Assembly: GCA_021796115.1 (NCBI GenBank)
Contig: JAJYOP010000001.1
Coordinates: 36,778 to 100,777 of the forward strand
Direction: 5' to 3'
Source: a bacterium
GTDB taxonomy: Bacteria > Omnitrophota > Gorgyraeia > Duberdicusellales > 4484-171
Length of the DNA stretch: 64,000 nt
The notes beneath the pieces were generated by a model. The model worked only from the letters and a program-made list of their open reading frames with translations, was not told the origin of the DNA and did not search any database. The position numbers were made by a program, and so were the translations under genes. This document shows positions 56,401 through 64,000 of this stretch, piece by piece (the stretch's first letter is position 1; each line of letters starts with the position of its first letter).

Positions 56401-57984
56401 ATGGAAAAAGGATATTTAGCGTTAGTTTTGCATGCCCATCTTCCCTACGTTCGTCATCCCGAATATGACGAATTCCTCGAAGAAAGATGGTTTTTTGAGG
56501 CTTTGAGCGAAACCTACATACCGATTTTAGAAATGTTTGAAGGTCTGGTCAAAGACGACGTTGATTTTAACATTACCATGAATATCTCGCCGACTCTCTG
56601 CAACATGTTTGCGGATGAGCTGCTTTCTAACCGCTACGTAAACCATCTGAACAAGATGGTTGAGCTTTGCGAAAAAGAAATAGACAGAAACAGGTTTAAT
56701 CCTGATTTTCACAAACTTTCTCTTATGTATTATCACAGGTTCAGCCGTACAAGAGAAAAATTTCTACACATATATAATAGAAATTTAATAAAAGAATTTA
56801 AGAAATACCAGGATAAGGGATGCCTGGAAATAATTACTTGCGGAGCCACTCATGGTTATCTTCCGCTTTTAGGACTAAACAAAGAAGCGGTAAAAGCGCA
56901 AATTAGAGTAGGCGCCAATTCATACCGTAAATTCTTTGTGACCGATCCAAAAGGCATATGGCTTCCTGAATGCGCTTATGCCGAAGAGATAGACAAGTTT
57001 TTAAAAGAGGAAGGGATAAAATATTTTCTCATGGAAAGCCACGGAGTCCTTTTTGCCCGCCCGCGGCCAAAATTCGGAGTCTATTCGTCTTACTATACAA
57101 AAAACAGGGTAGCAGTTTTTGGAAGGGACCACGAATCATCCAAGAGCGTCTGGTCTGCCGTTGAGGGCTACCCCGGAGATTACGAATATAGAGAATATTA
57201 TCGCGATATCGGATTTGACCTCGATTATGATTATATAAGGCCGTATATATCCGCCTGCGGGACAAGAATATTTACCGGTATTAAATATTATCGTATTACC
57301 GGTGAAACTAAACATAAAGAACCGTATAACCCGGAACGCGCAATAGAGAAAGCAGCCTATCATGCCGGCAACTTTATGTTCAATAGAGAAAAACAAATCG
57401 AACATCTAGCTTCGATGTTTGACAGGAAGCCGATAATTGTTGCTCCTTATGATGCCGAGCTTTACGGCCACTGGTGGTTTGAAGGCGTGCAATGGCTTAA
57501 TTTCCTTATCCGGAAAATCCGCTATGACCAGCATAATATAAAATTAATCACACCTTCGCGTTACCTGGGTATTTATCCGAAGAACCAAGTCATAAATCCT
57601 GCTCCTTCAAGCTGGGGCTGGAAAGGTTATTATGAAGTCTGGCTTAATGGCTCTAATGACTGGATATACCCGCATCTGCACCGCGCCCAGGAAAAAATGA
57701 CCGAATCCATAAATCAACATAAAGGTAAAAGCGATATCAAAGAAAGAATTTTAAATCAAATGGGCAGAGAGCTGCTACTTGCCCAGGGAAGCGATTGGGC
57801 GTTTATGATGAAGACAGGCGCATTCAGCGAATACGCAAGAAAAGAAACCGTTACCCATTTAGAAAGATTTTATCTTCTTAAAAGCTACCTCGACAGAAGT
57901 TTCATCAACTATGAGGTAATCGAGGACATAGAGAGGAAAGATAATATCTTTCCGGAAATCAATTATTCCGCCTTTCAGGTATAA
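56401..57984 (+). CDS. GH57-family 1,4-alpha-glucan branching enzyme-like protein
   Basis: LALVLHAHLPYVRHPE N-terminus (the HAHLPY block of GH57 branching enzymes), WFEG, and a C-terminal DUF1957-like region. 527 aa. Confidence 0.7.
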   Translation: MEKGYLALVLHAHLPYVRHPEYDEFLEERWFFEALSETYIPILEMFEGLVKDDVDFNITMNISPTLCNMFADELLSNRYVNHLNKMVELCEKEIDRNRFNPDFHKLSLMYYHRFSRTREKFLHIYNRNLIKEFKKYQDKGCLEIITCGATHGYLPLLGLNKEAVKAQIRVGANSYRKFFVTDPKGIWLPECAYAEEIDKFLKEEGIKYFLMESHGVLFARPRPKFGVYSSYYTKNRVAVFGRDHESSKSVWSAVEGYPGDYEYREYYRDIGFDLDYDYIRPYISACGTRIFTGIKYYRITGETKHKEPYNPERAIEKAAYHAGNFMFNREKQIEHLASMFDRKPIIVAPYDAELYGHWWFEGVQWLNFLIRKIRYDQHNIKLITPSRYLGIYPKNQVINPAPSSWGWKGYYEVWLNGSNDWIYPHLHRAQEKMTESINQHKGKSDIKERILNQMGRELLLAQGSDWAFMMKTGAFSEYARKETVTHLERFYLLKSYLDRSFINYEVIEDIERKDNIFPEINYSAFQV

Positions 57985-59556
57985 ATGTCAAAATCCACCA
58001 CAAAAGTCGCTTTTCTCTGGCACATGCACCAGCCATGTTACAAGCATCCGACAGAAAATTATTATTACCTGCCGTGGGTAAGGCTTCACGCGGTAAAAGA
58101 TTATTACGGCATGGCAAAAACCATAGAAAAGTTTGCTACAGTTAAAGTTTCTTTTAACTTTAGCGGAATTTTGCTCCGCCAGCTTTTGGATTATATCGAA
58201 AATCACGCCAAAGATTATTACCAAATCTTAAGTTTAAAAAATCCAGCAGGGCTTACCAAAGAAGAAAAGGCTTTCATAATCAATCGTTTCTTTTCGGCAA
58301 ATTTTGAAAGAGTAATCAAACCAAAAAAAAGATTTCTGCAGTTATATAATAAAAAACTTTCTCCGCGCGCGAAATTTACCGCTCAAGACATTACCGATTT
58401 GGTAACGCTTTTTAATCTTTCCTGGTTTCACCCTTACACCTTGAAAGATGATAAAAATTTAAAAAACCTGCTTTTAAAAGAACGAAACTATACTCTTCAG
58501 GATAAGGAATATGTTATAGAAAAACAATATCAGGTGATGAAAGGAATCATACCGCTCTACAAAAAACTTATTGCCGGAGGTAGAATCGAACTTACCTTGA
58601 CCCCATTCCACCATCCGATTATGCCGCTCTTATATGACACTGACGTGGTAAAGGAGTTTTCTTATTTAAAAAAGCCGGTTTTAAGATTCTCTCATCCGGA
58701 AGATTGCATCTGGCATCTTCATCAGGCAAAATCAACATTCGAAGAAATTTTTGCTTATACTCCTAGCGGTTCTTGGCCATCTGAAGGAAGTGTCTCTGAG
58801 GGCGTAGTTTCTTTATATGGTAAGGAAGGCTTTAAATGGATTGGCGCGGATGAAGCCATACTTTTTAAAAGTTTAACTACCGACTACGTCTCCTACGATA
58901 TGATAAAAAACCAACGGCATTTAATTTACCGCCCTTATAAATTTAGAGGGGTGGATATATTCTTCCGGGACAGAAATTTTTCCGATATGTTAAGTTTCGT
59001 TTACCAGGGTTGGGATGATGCAAATTTTGCCGTGCATGACTTAATAGAACATTTCAAGCGTACGCATAATTTTGCTAAAAATATATTCAAGGAACGCGTA
59101 ATTACCATAATTATGGATGGAGAAAATGCTTGGGAGTACTATAAAAATAACGGTGTTGATTTCCTGGAGGCGCTTTACCGGGCCTTGGAAAAAAATGACG
59201 TTCTTGAAACAGAAACCCCCTCAGGATTTCTTAAAAATAACACTAATAGCCGCAGCCTCGAAAGGCTTGCAAGCGGCTCCTGGATAAACGGAGATTTTGG
59301 CGTCTGGGTTGGCTCAAAGAAAAACAACGTCTATTGGGCTATTCTTAAGCGTACCCGCGATATCCTTGATAAATGTAAAAATGGCTCAATTGACCTAGAA
59401 ACCGCAAAAAAATATTTTTATCTCATCGAAGGCAGCGACTGGTTCTGGTGGAATACTTTTGAAGATGTAAGCGGAGAATTCAAGAATATATTTTTCTCTT
59501 ACGTTGAGGAAATATACCGGATTTTAGGAAGAAAAGCCCCGGCAAGGATAAAGTAG
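57985..59556 (+). CDS. GH57-family glycoside hydrolase (alpha-amylase/amylopullulanase-like)
   Basis: VAFLWHMHQPCYK, the GH57 conserved region 1 HQP motif. 523 aa. Its start codon TAA-ATG abuts the stop of the preceding GH57 gene. Confidence 0.65.
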   Translation: MSKSTTKVAFLWHMHQPCYKHPTENYYYLPWVRLHAVKDYYGMAKTIEKFATVKVSFNFSGILLRQLLDYIENHAKDYYQILSLKNPAGLTKEEKAFIINRFFSANFERVIKPKKRFLQLYNKKLSPRAKFTAQDITDLVTLFNLSWFHPYTLKDDKNLKNLLLKERNYTLQDKEYVIEKQYQVMKGIIPLYKKLIAGGRIELTLTPFHHPIMPLLYDTDVVKEFSYLKKPVLRFSHPEDCIWHLHQAKSTFEEIFAYTPSGSWPSEGSVSEGVVSLYGKEGFKWIGADEAILFKSLTTDYVSYDMIKNQRHLIYRPYKFRGVDIFFRDRNFSDMLSFVYQGWDDANFAVHDLIEHFKRTHNFAKNIFKERVITIIMDGENAWEYYKNNGVDFLEALYRALEKNDVLETETPSGFLKNNTNSRSLERLASGSWINGDFGVWVGSKKNNVYWAILKRTRDILDKCKNGSIDLETAKKYFYLIEGSDWFWWNTFEDVSGEFKNIFFSYVEEIYRILGRKAPARIK

Positions 59557-59623
59557 GGCAAAAATATTTTTAATAACTAATATCGAAATCCGAATGACGA
59601 ATAGGGATTAGACGTTTAAAATC

Positions 59624-61669
59624 ATGGGTAAACTATATTTTATCTTCGGCATTCACAATCACCAGCCCGTCGGAAATTTTTCGCATGTTTTTAAAGAGGC
59701 ATACGAAAAATGTTACTTTCCTTTCCTTTCACTCATGGAAGATTTTCCAAAAATAAAATTTAACCTTCACAACTCAGGCTCCCTCTATGATTGGATGAAA
59801 GAGCACGGGAAAGATTATCTTAACTTACTAAAAAAACTTGTTAAAAGAGGCCAGGTTGAAATAATCAGCGGCGGCTATTATGAACCGATACTGCCGATAG
59901 TCCTTGATGAAGATAAATACGGCCAAATCAGCCTGATGAACGCTTTTATAGAGAAGGAATTCGGTTCAATTCCTTGCGGCCTATGGACGGCAGAAAGAGT
60001 TTGGGAGCCTTACCTGGCAAGAATAATAAATAACAGCGGGCTTAAATATACTTTTCTCGATGACACTCATTTCCGCTCTGCCGGACTGAATCAAAAAGAA
60101 TTTTTTGGATACTACACCACCGAAGAAAACGCTTGCCCGATATCGGTTTTTCCTATCAGTAAAACATTAAGATATAAAATACCGTTTTCCGAGGTCGACG
60201 AAGCTTTTAACGTTTTAAGCAGCTTGCGGCAAGAAGAAGATACCCTGGTTACTCTTTTTGACGACGGAGAGAAATTCGGACTCTGGCCGGGAACTTATGA
60301 TTGGGTTTACAATAAAGAATGGCTTAAGAGATTTTTAAGCCGGCTTAGCGAATCGAACGATATTGAAACTATTACAGCCAAAGAGGCTCAAGAAAAGTTT
60401 AAAACAAACGATATCGTCTATCTGCCCACAGCTTCTTACGAAGAAATGGGCGAGTGGGTGCTTGAGCCGCAGGATTTATTTATCTACGAGAGGCTTGAAA
60501 AATTCCTGAAAGAGAACAATAAATTTGAAGAGTTCAAAAATTTTATCCGCGGAGGATTTTTTAGGAATTTTTACCATAAATACAAGCGGCTTAATTATAT
60601 GCAGAAACGCATGCTTTGTTTAAGCAGGAAAATAAATTCTCATTGCGATAAGGATAAGGATAAAAAAATATTTACCAGCCTTTACAAAGCAGAAACGAAC
60701 TGTGGTTATTGGCACGGAGTCTTTGGCGGTTTTTATCTTGGCCATATCCGTTCGGCGGTTTATGAAAACTTAATTAATGCGGAAAACTCTTTTGACGAAG
60801 AATACAACAAGGAAAAAATATCTTGCGAAGAAGCCGATATAGATTTTGATGGTAACGGAGAGATAATCGTTAAAAATTCCAAACTGATATGCTGTTTTTC
60901 CAGAAAAGGCGCGGGTCTTCTTGAAATGAGTCTGCGCAATAATCCGATGAATCTGGTCAATACCATAACCCGCAAAGAAGAGTCGTACCACCGCAAGATA
61001 CTTGAGAACGTGAACAAAGATGCCGGAGCGGTTTCGACAATTCATGATATAGTCAAGCAAAAAGATAAAGATTTGGATAAATTTCTTATCTACGATAAAT
61101 ATGAGAGAGTCTCGCTCATAGAGCATCTCCTTGATAAAAATATAACAATAGACAATTTTAATCTGCAGCAGGGAGTATATACCTTAAGCGATGAGATGTA
61201 TGATTGCCACGTCAAAAAAGATAAGGAAAGAGCCCAGCTTAATTGCTGCTTTACCAAGAATGGTCTTGATTTTTCTAAGATAATCGAGTTTTCCGAAGCT
61301 TGCGGCATAAAGACAACTTATAAGTTCGATAAAAAAAATATCTTGAAGGATTATAATTTTGGTATAGAATTTAATATATCTTTGCCTTCGCCCGAGCATA
61401 TATTTGTCAAGGATAAATCAAAGGAAATTTCGGCGAATGAGGCTAGAGTTTTTGAGGAATTAAGTTCTTTCACAATAATCGATAAATTCAAGAAGCTTAA
61501 CTTGGAATTTTCTTTTGACAAAGCCGAAGTTTTCAGCACGCCTTTATACTCTGTTTCTTCATCAGAATCGGGCTTTGAAAAAGTTTACCAGCAGATAACG
61601 CTTCTTTTTATATTTAAGCATAAAGATATGCTTAAAATTTCTTTAGATATAAGTAAAAGGCACGATTAA
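59624..61669 (+). CDS. GH57-family 4-alpha-glucanotransferase/alpha-amylase-like protein
   Basis: YFIFGIHNHQPVGNF (GH57 CSR-1), WTAERVWEP, 681 aa. Confidence 0.65.
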   Translation: MGKLYFIFGIHNHQPVGNFSHVFKEAYEKCYFPFLSLMEDFPKIKFNLHNSGSLYDWMKEHGKDYLNLLKKLVKRGQVEIISGGYYEPILPIVLDEDKYGQISLMNAFIEKEFGSIPCGLWTAERVWEPYLARIINNSGLKYTFLDDTHFRSAGLNQKEFFGYYTTEENACPISVFPISKTLRYKIPFSEVDEAFNVLSSLRQEEDTLVTLFDDGEKFGLWPGTYDWVYNKEWLKRFLSRLSESNDIETITAKEAQEKFKTNDIVYLPTASYEEMGEWVLEPQDLFIYERLEKFLKENNKFEEFKNFIRGGFFRNFYHKYKRLNYMQKRMLCLSRKINSHCDKDKDKKIFTSLYKAETNCGYWHGVFGGFYLGHIRSAVYENLINAENSFDEEYNKEKISCEEADIDFDGNGEIIVKNSKLICCFSRKGAGLLEMSLRNNPMNLVNTITRKEESYHRKILENVNKDAGAVSTIHDIVKQKDKDLDKFLIYDKYERVSLIEHLLDKNITIDNFNLQQGVYTLSDEMYDCHVKKDKERAQLNCCFTKNGLDFSKIIEFSEACGIKTTYKFDKKNILKDYNFGIEFNISLPSPEHIFVKDKSKEISANEARVFEELSSFTIIDKFKKLNLEFSFDKAEVFSTPLYSVSSSESGFEKVYQQITLLFIFKHKDMLKISLDISKRHD

Positions 61670-61689
61670 TGCGCTTGGAGTGGGCGTAT

Positions 61690-61768
61690 AACCCCCTCAC
61701 TTCGTTCGGGGGTAATTCCAATGAGACTTGTTTTTTGCGAAGCAAAAAACTTAGTCGAATTGTCATTA
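61690..61768. repeat. mosaic hairpin-rich intergenic element (copy 2 of 2)
   Basis: CCCCC..GGGGG hairpin carrying GTTCGGGGGTAATTC, then CAATGAGACTTG, the GTTTTTTGC-GAA-GCAAAAAAC hairpin (61731..61751), and TTAGTCGAATTGT. See the companion copy at 40993..41117. Confidence 0.6.
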
Positions 61769-61781
61769 AAAGGAGGTTCAA

Positions 61782-61964
61782 ATGGCTTTTCCAGGAAGAA
61801 ACACATCAAAAAGTTCCAATTCCAACCTTGATGCGGCAAAAATCAATCAGATGATAAAAGAGCGCGCCTATTACCTTTGGGAAAGTAAAGGAAAACCGCA
61901 AGGCCAAGATGCAAACATCTGGCTTCAGGCAGAGAAAGAAATTCGCGCTAAAATAAAAAAATAA
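61782..61964 (+). CDS. DUF2934-family small protein
   Basis: IKERAYYLWESKGKPQGQDANIWLQAEKEI matches the DUF2934 core. RBS AGGAGG 6 nt upstream. 60 aa. Confidence 0.6.
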   Translation: MAFPGRNTSKSSNSNLDAAKINQMIKERAYYLWESKGKPQGQDANIWLQAEKEIRAKIKK

Positions 61965-61984
61965 CCCTTTGGGAAAAAGCAGCG

Positions 61985-62038
61985 TTTTCCGCTCATGAGG
62001 CGGATCCGCCCACCTATAAAAATATATCTGTGGCGGAA
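61985..62038 (+). promoter_or_regulatory. conserved 54-bp palindrome/promoter-like element (copy 2): TTTTCCGCTCATGAGGCGGATCCGCCCACCTATAAAAATATATCTGTGGCGGAA
   Basis: About 85% identical to 41496..41546, with the same CCGCCCAC..GTGGCGG inverted repeat around TATAAAAATAT. 80 nt upstream of the ACT-domain gene. Confidence 0.55.
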
Positions 62039-62117
62039 GCGTAGAGCGCACAGCGTTTAGGTAAAACCATAGGCTATTTGCTATCCGCTATACGCTAAAA
62101 AAAGGGAGGTGCGTTCT

Positions 62118-62513
62118 ATGAAAGCAGTAAAAGGCGAAGAGCTTATTTTGACCGTAGAGAACAAAGCAGGTAAGTTAGAAGCGGTTACGACACTTCTGAA
62201 GGACAAAGGAATTAATCTTAGGGGAATATCTGCCTATGTTATCGAAAATAAGGCAATATTTCGTTTAATAACTTCAGACAATTCTAAGGCAAAAGAAATT
62301 TTAAAAAGCTTAGGTAATTTGCAAACTAAAGAAGTTATTATAACGGATATGCCTGACGAAGTCGGCCAGCTTAATCTGCTTGCTGCAAAGCTAAAAAGCG
62401 CCGGGCTTGATCTTACACATATCTATGGTACCACTTCAAAGCCCCATCAATCAGCAATCGTAGTGTTTGCATCAAATGACAACAATAAAGCACTGGAAGT
62501 AATTGCCTCATAA
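62118..62513 (+). CDS. tandem ACT-domain protein
   Basis: Two repeats of about 65 aa with the ACT beta-alpha-beta-beta-alpha-beta pattern. RBS AAAGGGAGG at 62101..62109. ATG at 62118 is preferred over the GTG at 62109. Confidence 0.45.
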   Translation: MKAVKGEELILTVENKAGKLEAVTTLLKDKGINLRGISAYVIENKAIFRLITSDNSKAKEILKSLGNLQTKEVIITDMPDEVGQLNLLAAKLKSAGLDLTHIYGTTSKPHQSAIVVFASNDNNKALEVIAS

Positions 62514-62519
62514 CGCTTA

Positions 62520-63731
62520 ATGCAGGTAAACTTTCCTTCCGAATTTTTATGGGGCGCGGCAATTTCGAGTTATCAGACAGAAGGCGGTAATTCAAACACT
62601 GACTGGTGCCTTTGGGAAAAAGAAAAGAAAATTACACTTTGCGACCGTGCCTCAAACCACTATAAATTTTTCCGCGAAGATTTTAAATTAGCCAAAGAAC
62701 TTAATTTAAAATCTTTACGGATTTCTCTCGAATGGGCGAGAATTTTCCCGCAAAAAGGAGAATTTAGCAGCGAAGCTCTTAAGCATTATAAAGAATCAAT
62801 AGTTATACTCAATTCACTTGGAATAAAGCCTTTTGTAACTCTCCACCATTTTACAAATCCCATATGGTTTTCTGATTTAGGCGGTTGGACCTTATCAGAA
62901 AATATCGATTATTTTTTAGAATACCTAAAGAAAGTTGTCAATGAGTTTAAATCGGATGTGGAATACTGGCTAATCATTAATGAGCCGATGGTTTATCTTT
63001 TTAACGGATATGTTTCAGGCATCTGGCCTCCGGGGATGCAATCTGTCAACATTGCAAAAAAAGTTTTAGATAATCTAACCAATGCATATTGCCAGGGCTA
63101 TAAAGAAATTAAAAATATTTATAAAGAAGCAGGCTTAGAATGTAATGTTTCTTTCGCCAAACATATCCGCAAGTTCTCGCCATGCCCGCGCCTTAATTTC
63201 GGGCAAAATTATATATCCGCATCGTTCCGGGATAAAATATTTAATATTGATTTGCTTGATTATCTAAGCGGGAAATCCTGCCTTGATTTTATTGCGGTAA
63301 ATTACTATTGCAAAGAATATGTAAAATTTAACGGTATTATCGGCTCTGAATGCCTTCATCAAAATCATAAGGAACACAAAAATTATCTTAATTGGTATAT
63401 CTATCCGCATGGCTTTTATGAATTCCTGAAAAGGTTTGAGAAATATAAATTACCAATTTTTATTACGGAAAACGGCACAGCGGAAAGAGACGACTCTTTA
63501 TATGAAAAGTATCTTCTTTCACATTTAAAGTCTGTAGCCAGAGCGTTTTCGGAAGGAATAGACATAAAAGGATATTCCTGGTGGTCATTGATTGATAACT
63601 TTGAATGGGATAAGGGTTTTGGCCCACGTTTCGGACTTATCGAGATAGATTATGGCAACTTTAAAAGGAAAATTAAACCCTTTGCCCATACTTATGCTAA
63701 AATATGCAGGGATAATAGGGTAACAATATAA
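62520..63731 (+). CDS. GH1-family beta-glucosidase
   Basis: FLWGAAISSYQTEGG N-terminus, acid/base LIINEPMVY (NEP), and nucleophile ITENG. 403 aa. Confidence 0.85.
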   Translation: MQVNFPSEFLWGAAISSYQTEGGNSNTDWCLWEKEKKITLCDRASNHYKFFREDFKLAKELNLKSLRISLEWARIFPQKGEFSSEALKHYKESIVILNSLGIKPFVTLHHFTNPIWFSDLGGWTLSENIDYFLEYLKKVVNEFKSDVEYWLIINEPMVYLFNGYVSGIWPPGMQSVNIAKKVLDNLTNAYCQGYKEIKNIYKEAGLECNVSFAKHIRKFSPCPRLNFGQNYISASFRDKIFNIDLLDYLSGKSCLDFIAVNYYCKEYVKFNGIIGSECLHQNHKEHKNYLNWYIYPHGFYEFLKRFEKYKLPIFITENGTAERDDSLYEKYLLSHLKSVARAFSEGIDIKGYSWWSLIDNFEWDKGFGPRFGLIEIDYGNFKRKIKPFAHTYAKICRDNRVTI

Positions 63732-63751
63732 AAAAGGTTACATTATTCGGT

Positions 63752-63806
63752 TGCGGTTACGCAACTCGTTACGGTTGCGTTTTACGTCATACGTAAGACG
63801 ATAGAC
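63752..63806 (+). terminator. 55-bp repeated terminator-like element, copy 2, nested inside an 11-bp outer inverted repeat (CGGTTGCGGTT / AACCGCAACCG)
   Basis: Same sequence as 54231..54285 with one C/T difference. Located 20 nt after the GH1 stop. The outer stem is 63749..63759 with 63820..63830. Confidence 0.6.
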
Positions 63807-63852
63807 TCAACACGCATCGCAACCGCAACCGTTTCGCAAATATCTACGAAAC

Positions 63853-64000
63853 ATGGATTCAAAAGAAATAAAATTTATTGTCGCGAATATGCCGCCTTTT
63901 AATAAGCTAAAAGATAATGAGGTCAATGAATTTTTGAATATTTGCGAAGTAAAAACCTATAAATACGGCGAAATTATTTATAAAGATCAGGATCCGCCGG
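63853..64000 (+). CDS. cyclic-nucleotide-binding-domain protein (Crp/cNMP-binding-like), 3' truncated at window edge
   Basis: ATG at 63853. The partial N-terminal sequence MDSKEIKFIVANMPPFNKLKDNEVNEFLNICEVKTYKYGEIIYKDQD resembles the start of a cNMP-binding beta-roll. Only 49 aa visible. Confidence 0.35.
   Translation, partial: MDSKEIKFIVANMPPFNKLKDNEVNEFLNICEVKTYKYGEIIYKDQDPP

Noticed and set aside
1-64000. Searched by eye for tRNA/tmRNA/RNase P/SRP hallmarks (GGTTCGAATCC-like T-loops, GGGGCTGATTCTGG, GAGGAAAGTCCGG), CRISPR-like regularly spaced repeats, and transposase/integrase ORFs
   Set aside because: None found. All repeats detected are short, structured intergenic elements rather than CRISPR arrays or IS elements.

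Overview
AT-rich (about 35% GC) bacterial chromosomal segment, densely coding, with almost every gene on the + strand. No rRNA, tRNA, CRISPR array, transposase or integrase was recognised.

(1) Positions 1-39649 form one large cell-envelope glycan biosynthesis super-locus of about 35 tightly packed or overlapping genes. It contains:
- a GtrA-like flippase, a GtrB/ArnC-like polyprenyl-phosphate sugar synthase, and several GT-C-type membrane glycosyltransferases;
- a CDP-glucose module (rfbF, rfbG), a zinc alcohol dehydrogenase and an epimerase/reductase;
- an acetolactate-synthase/YerE-like thiamine-diphosphate (TPP) enzyme, two tandem HpcH/HpaI-type aldolase paralogs, a short-chain dehydrogenase (SDR) and a 3-dehydroquinate-synthase (DHQS)-like sugar-phosphate cyclase;
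- at least 8 Leloir glycosyltransferases (GT2, GT4, GT9), a WbaP-like initiating phosphotransferase, two Wzx-like flippases and a Wzy/ligase-like protein;
- three methyltransferases and a WbdD-like methyltransferase-kinase fusion.

The most unusual content of this locus is a triplicated, translationally coupled cassette. Each unit is a membrane-anchored ConA/LamG-like jellyroll-domain protein followed by a large uncharacterised polytopic membrane protein with a conserved C-terminal soluble domain. These I call family-1 and family-2; no named family was recognised for either.

(2) Positions 39652-50925 are housekeeping genes: xseA, xseB, htpX, rpsO, pnp, ftsK, a rodZ-like gene, rimO, pgsA and pgpA.

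(3) Positions 51178-52190 (- strand) are ligT/thpR and a cinA-type gene. Positions 52543-54612 are ldh, an FNR-like oxidoreductase and a NifU-like gene.

(4) Positions 55347-61669 carry a DUF4912 gene and three tandem GH57 alpha-glucan enzymes. They are followed by a DUF2934 mini-gene, an ACT-domain protein, a GH1 beta-glucosidase and a truncated cNMP-binding gene at the window edge.

The intergenic regions carry several families of repeated structured elements:
- a 55-bp terminator-like module present twice;
- a 51-54-bp palindrome/promoter-like element present twice, upstream of htpX and of the ACT-domain gene;
- a mosaic hairpin-rich element present twice;
- ACAGATA-unit palindromes upstream of ldh and nifU;
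- a 20-bp perfect inverted repeat built from heptamer units.
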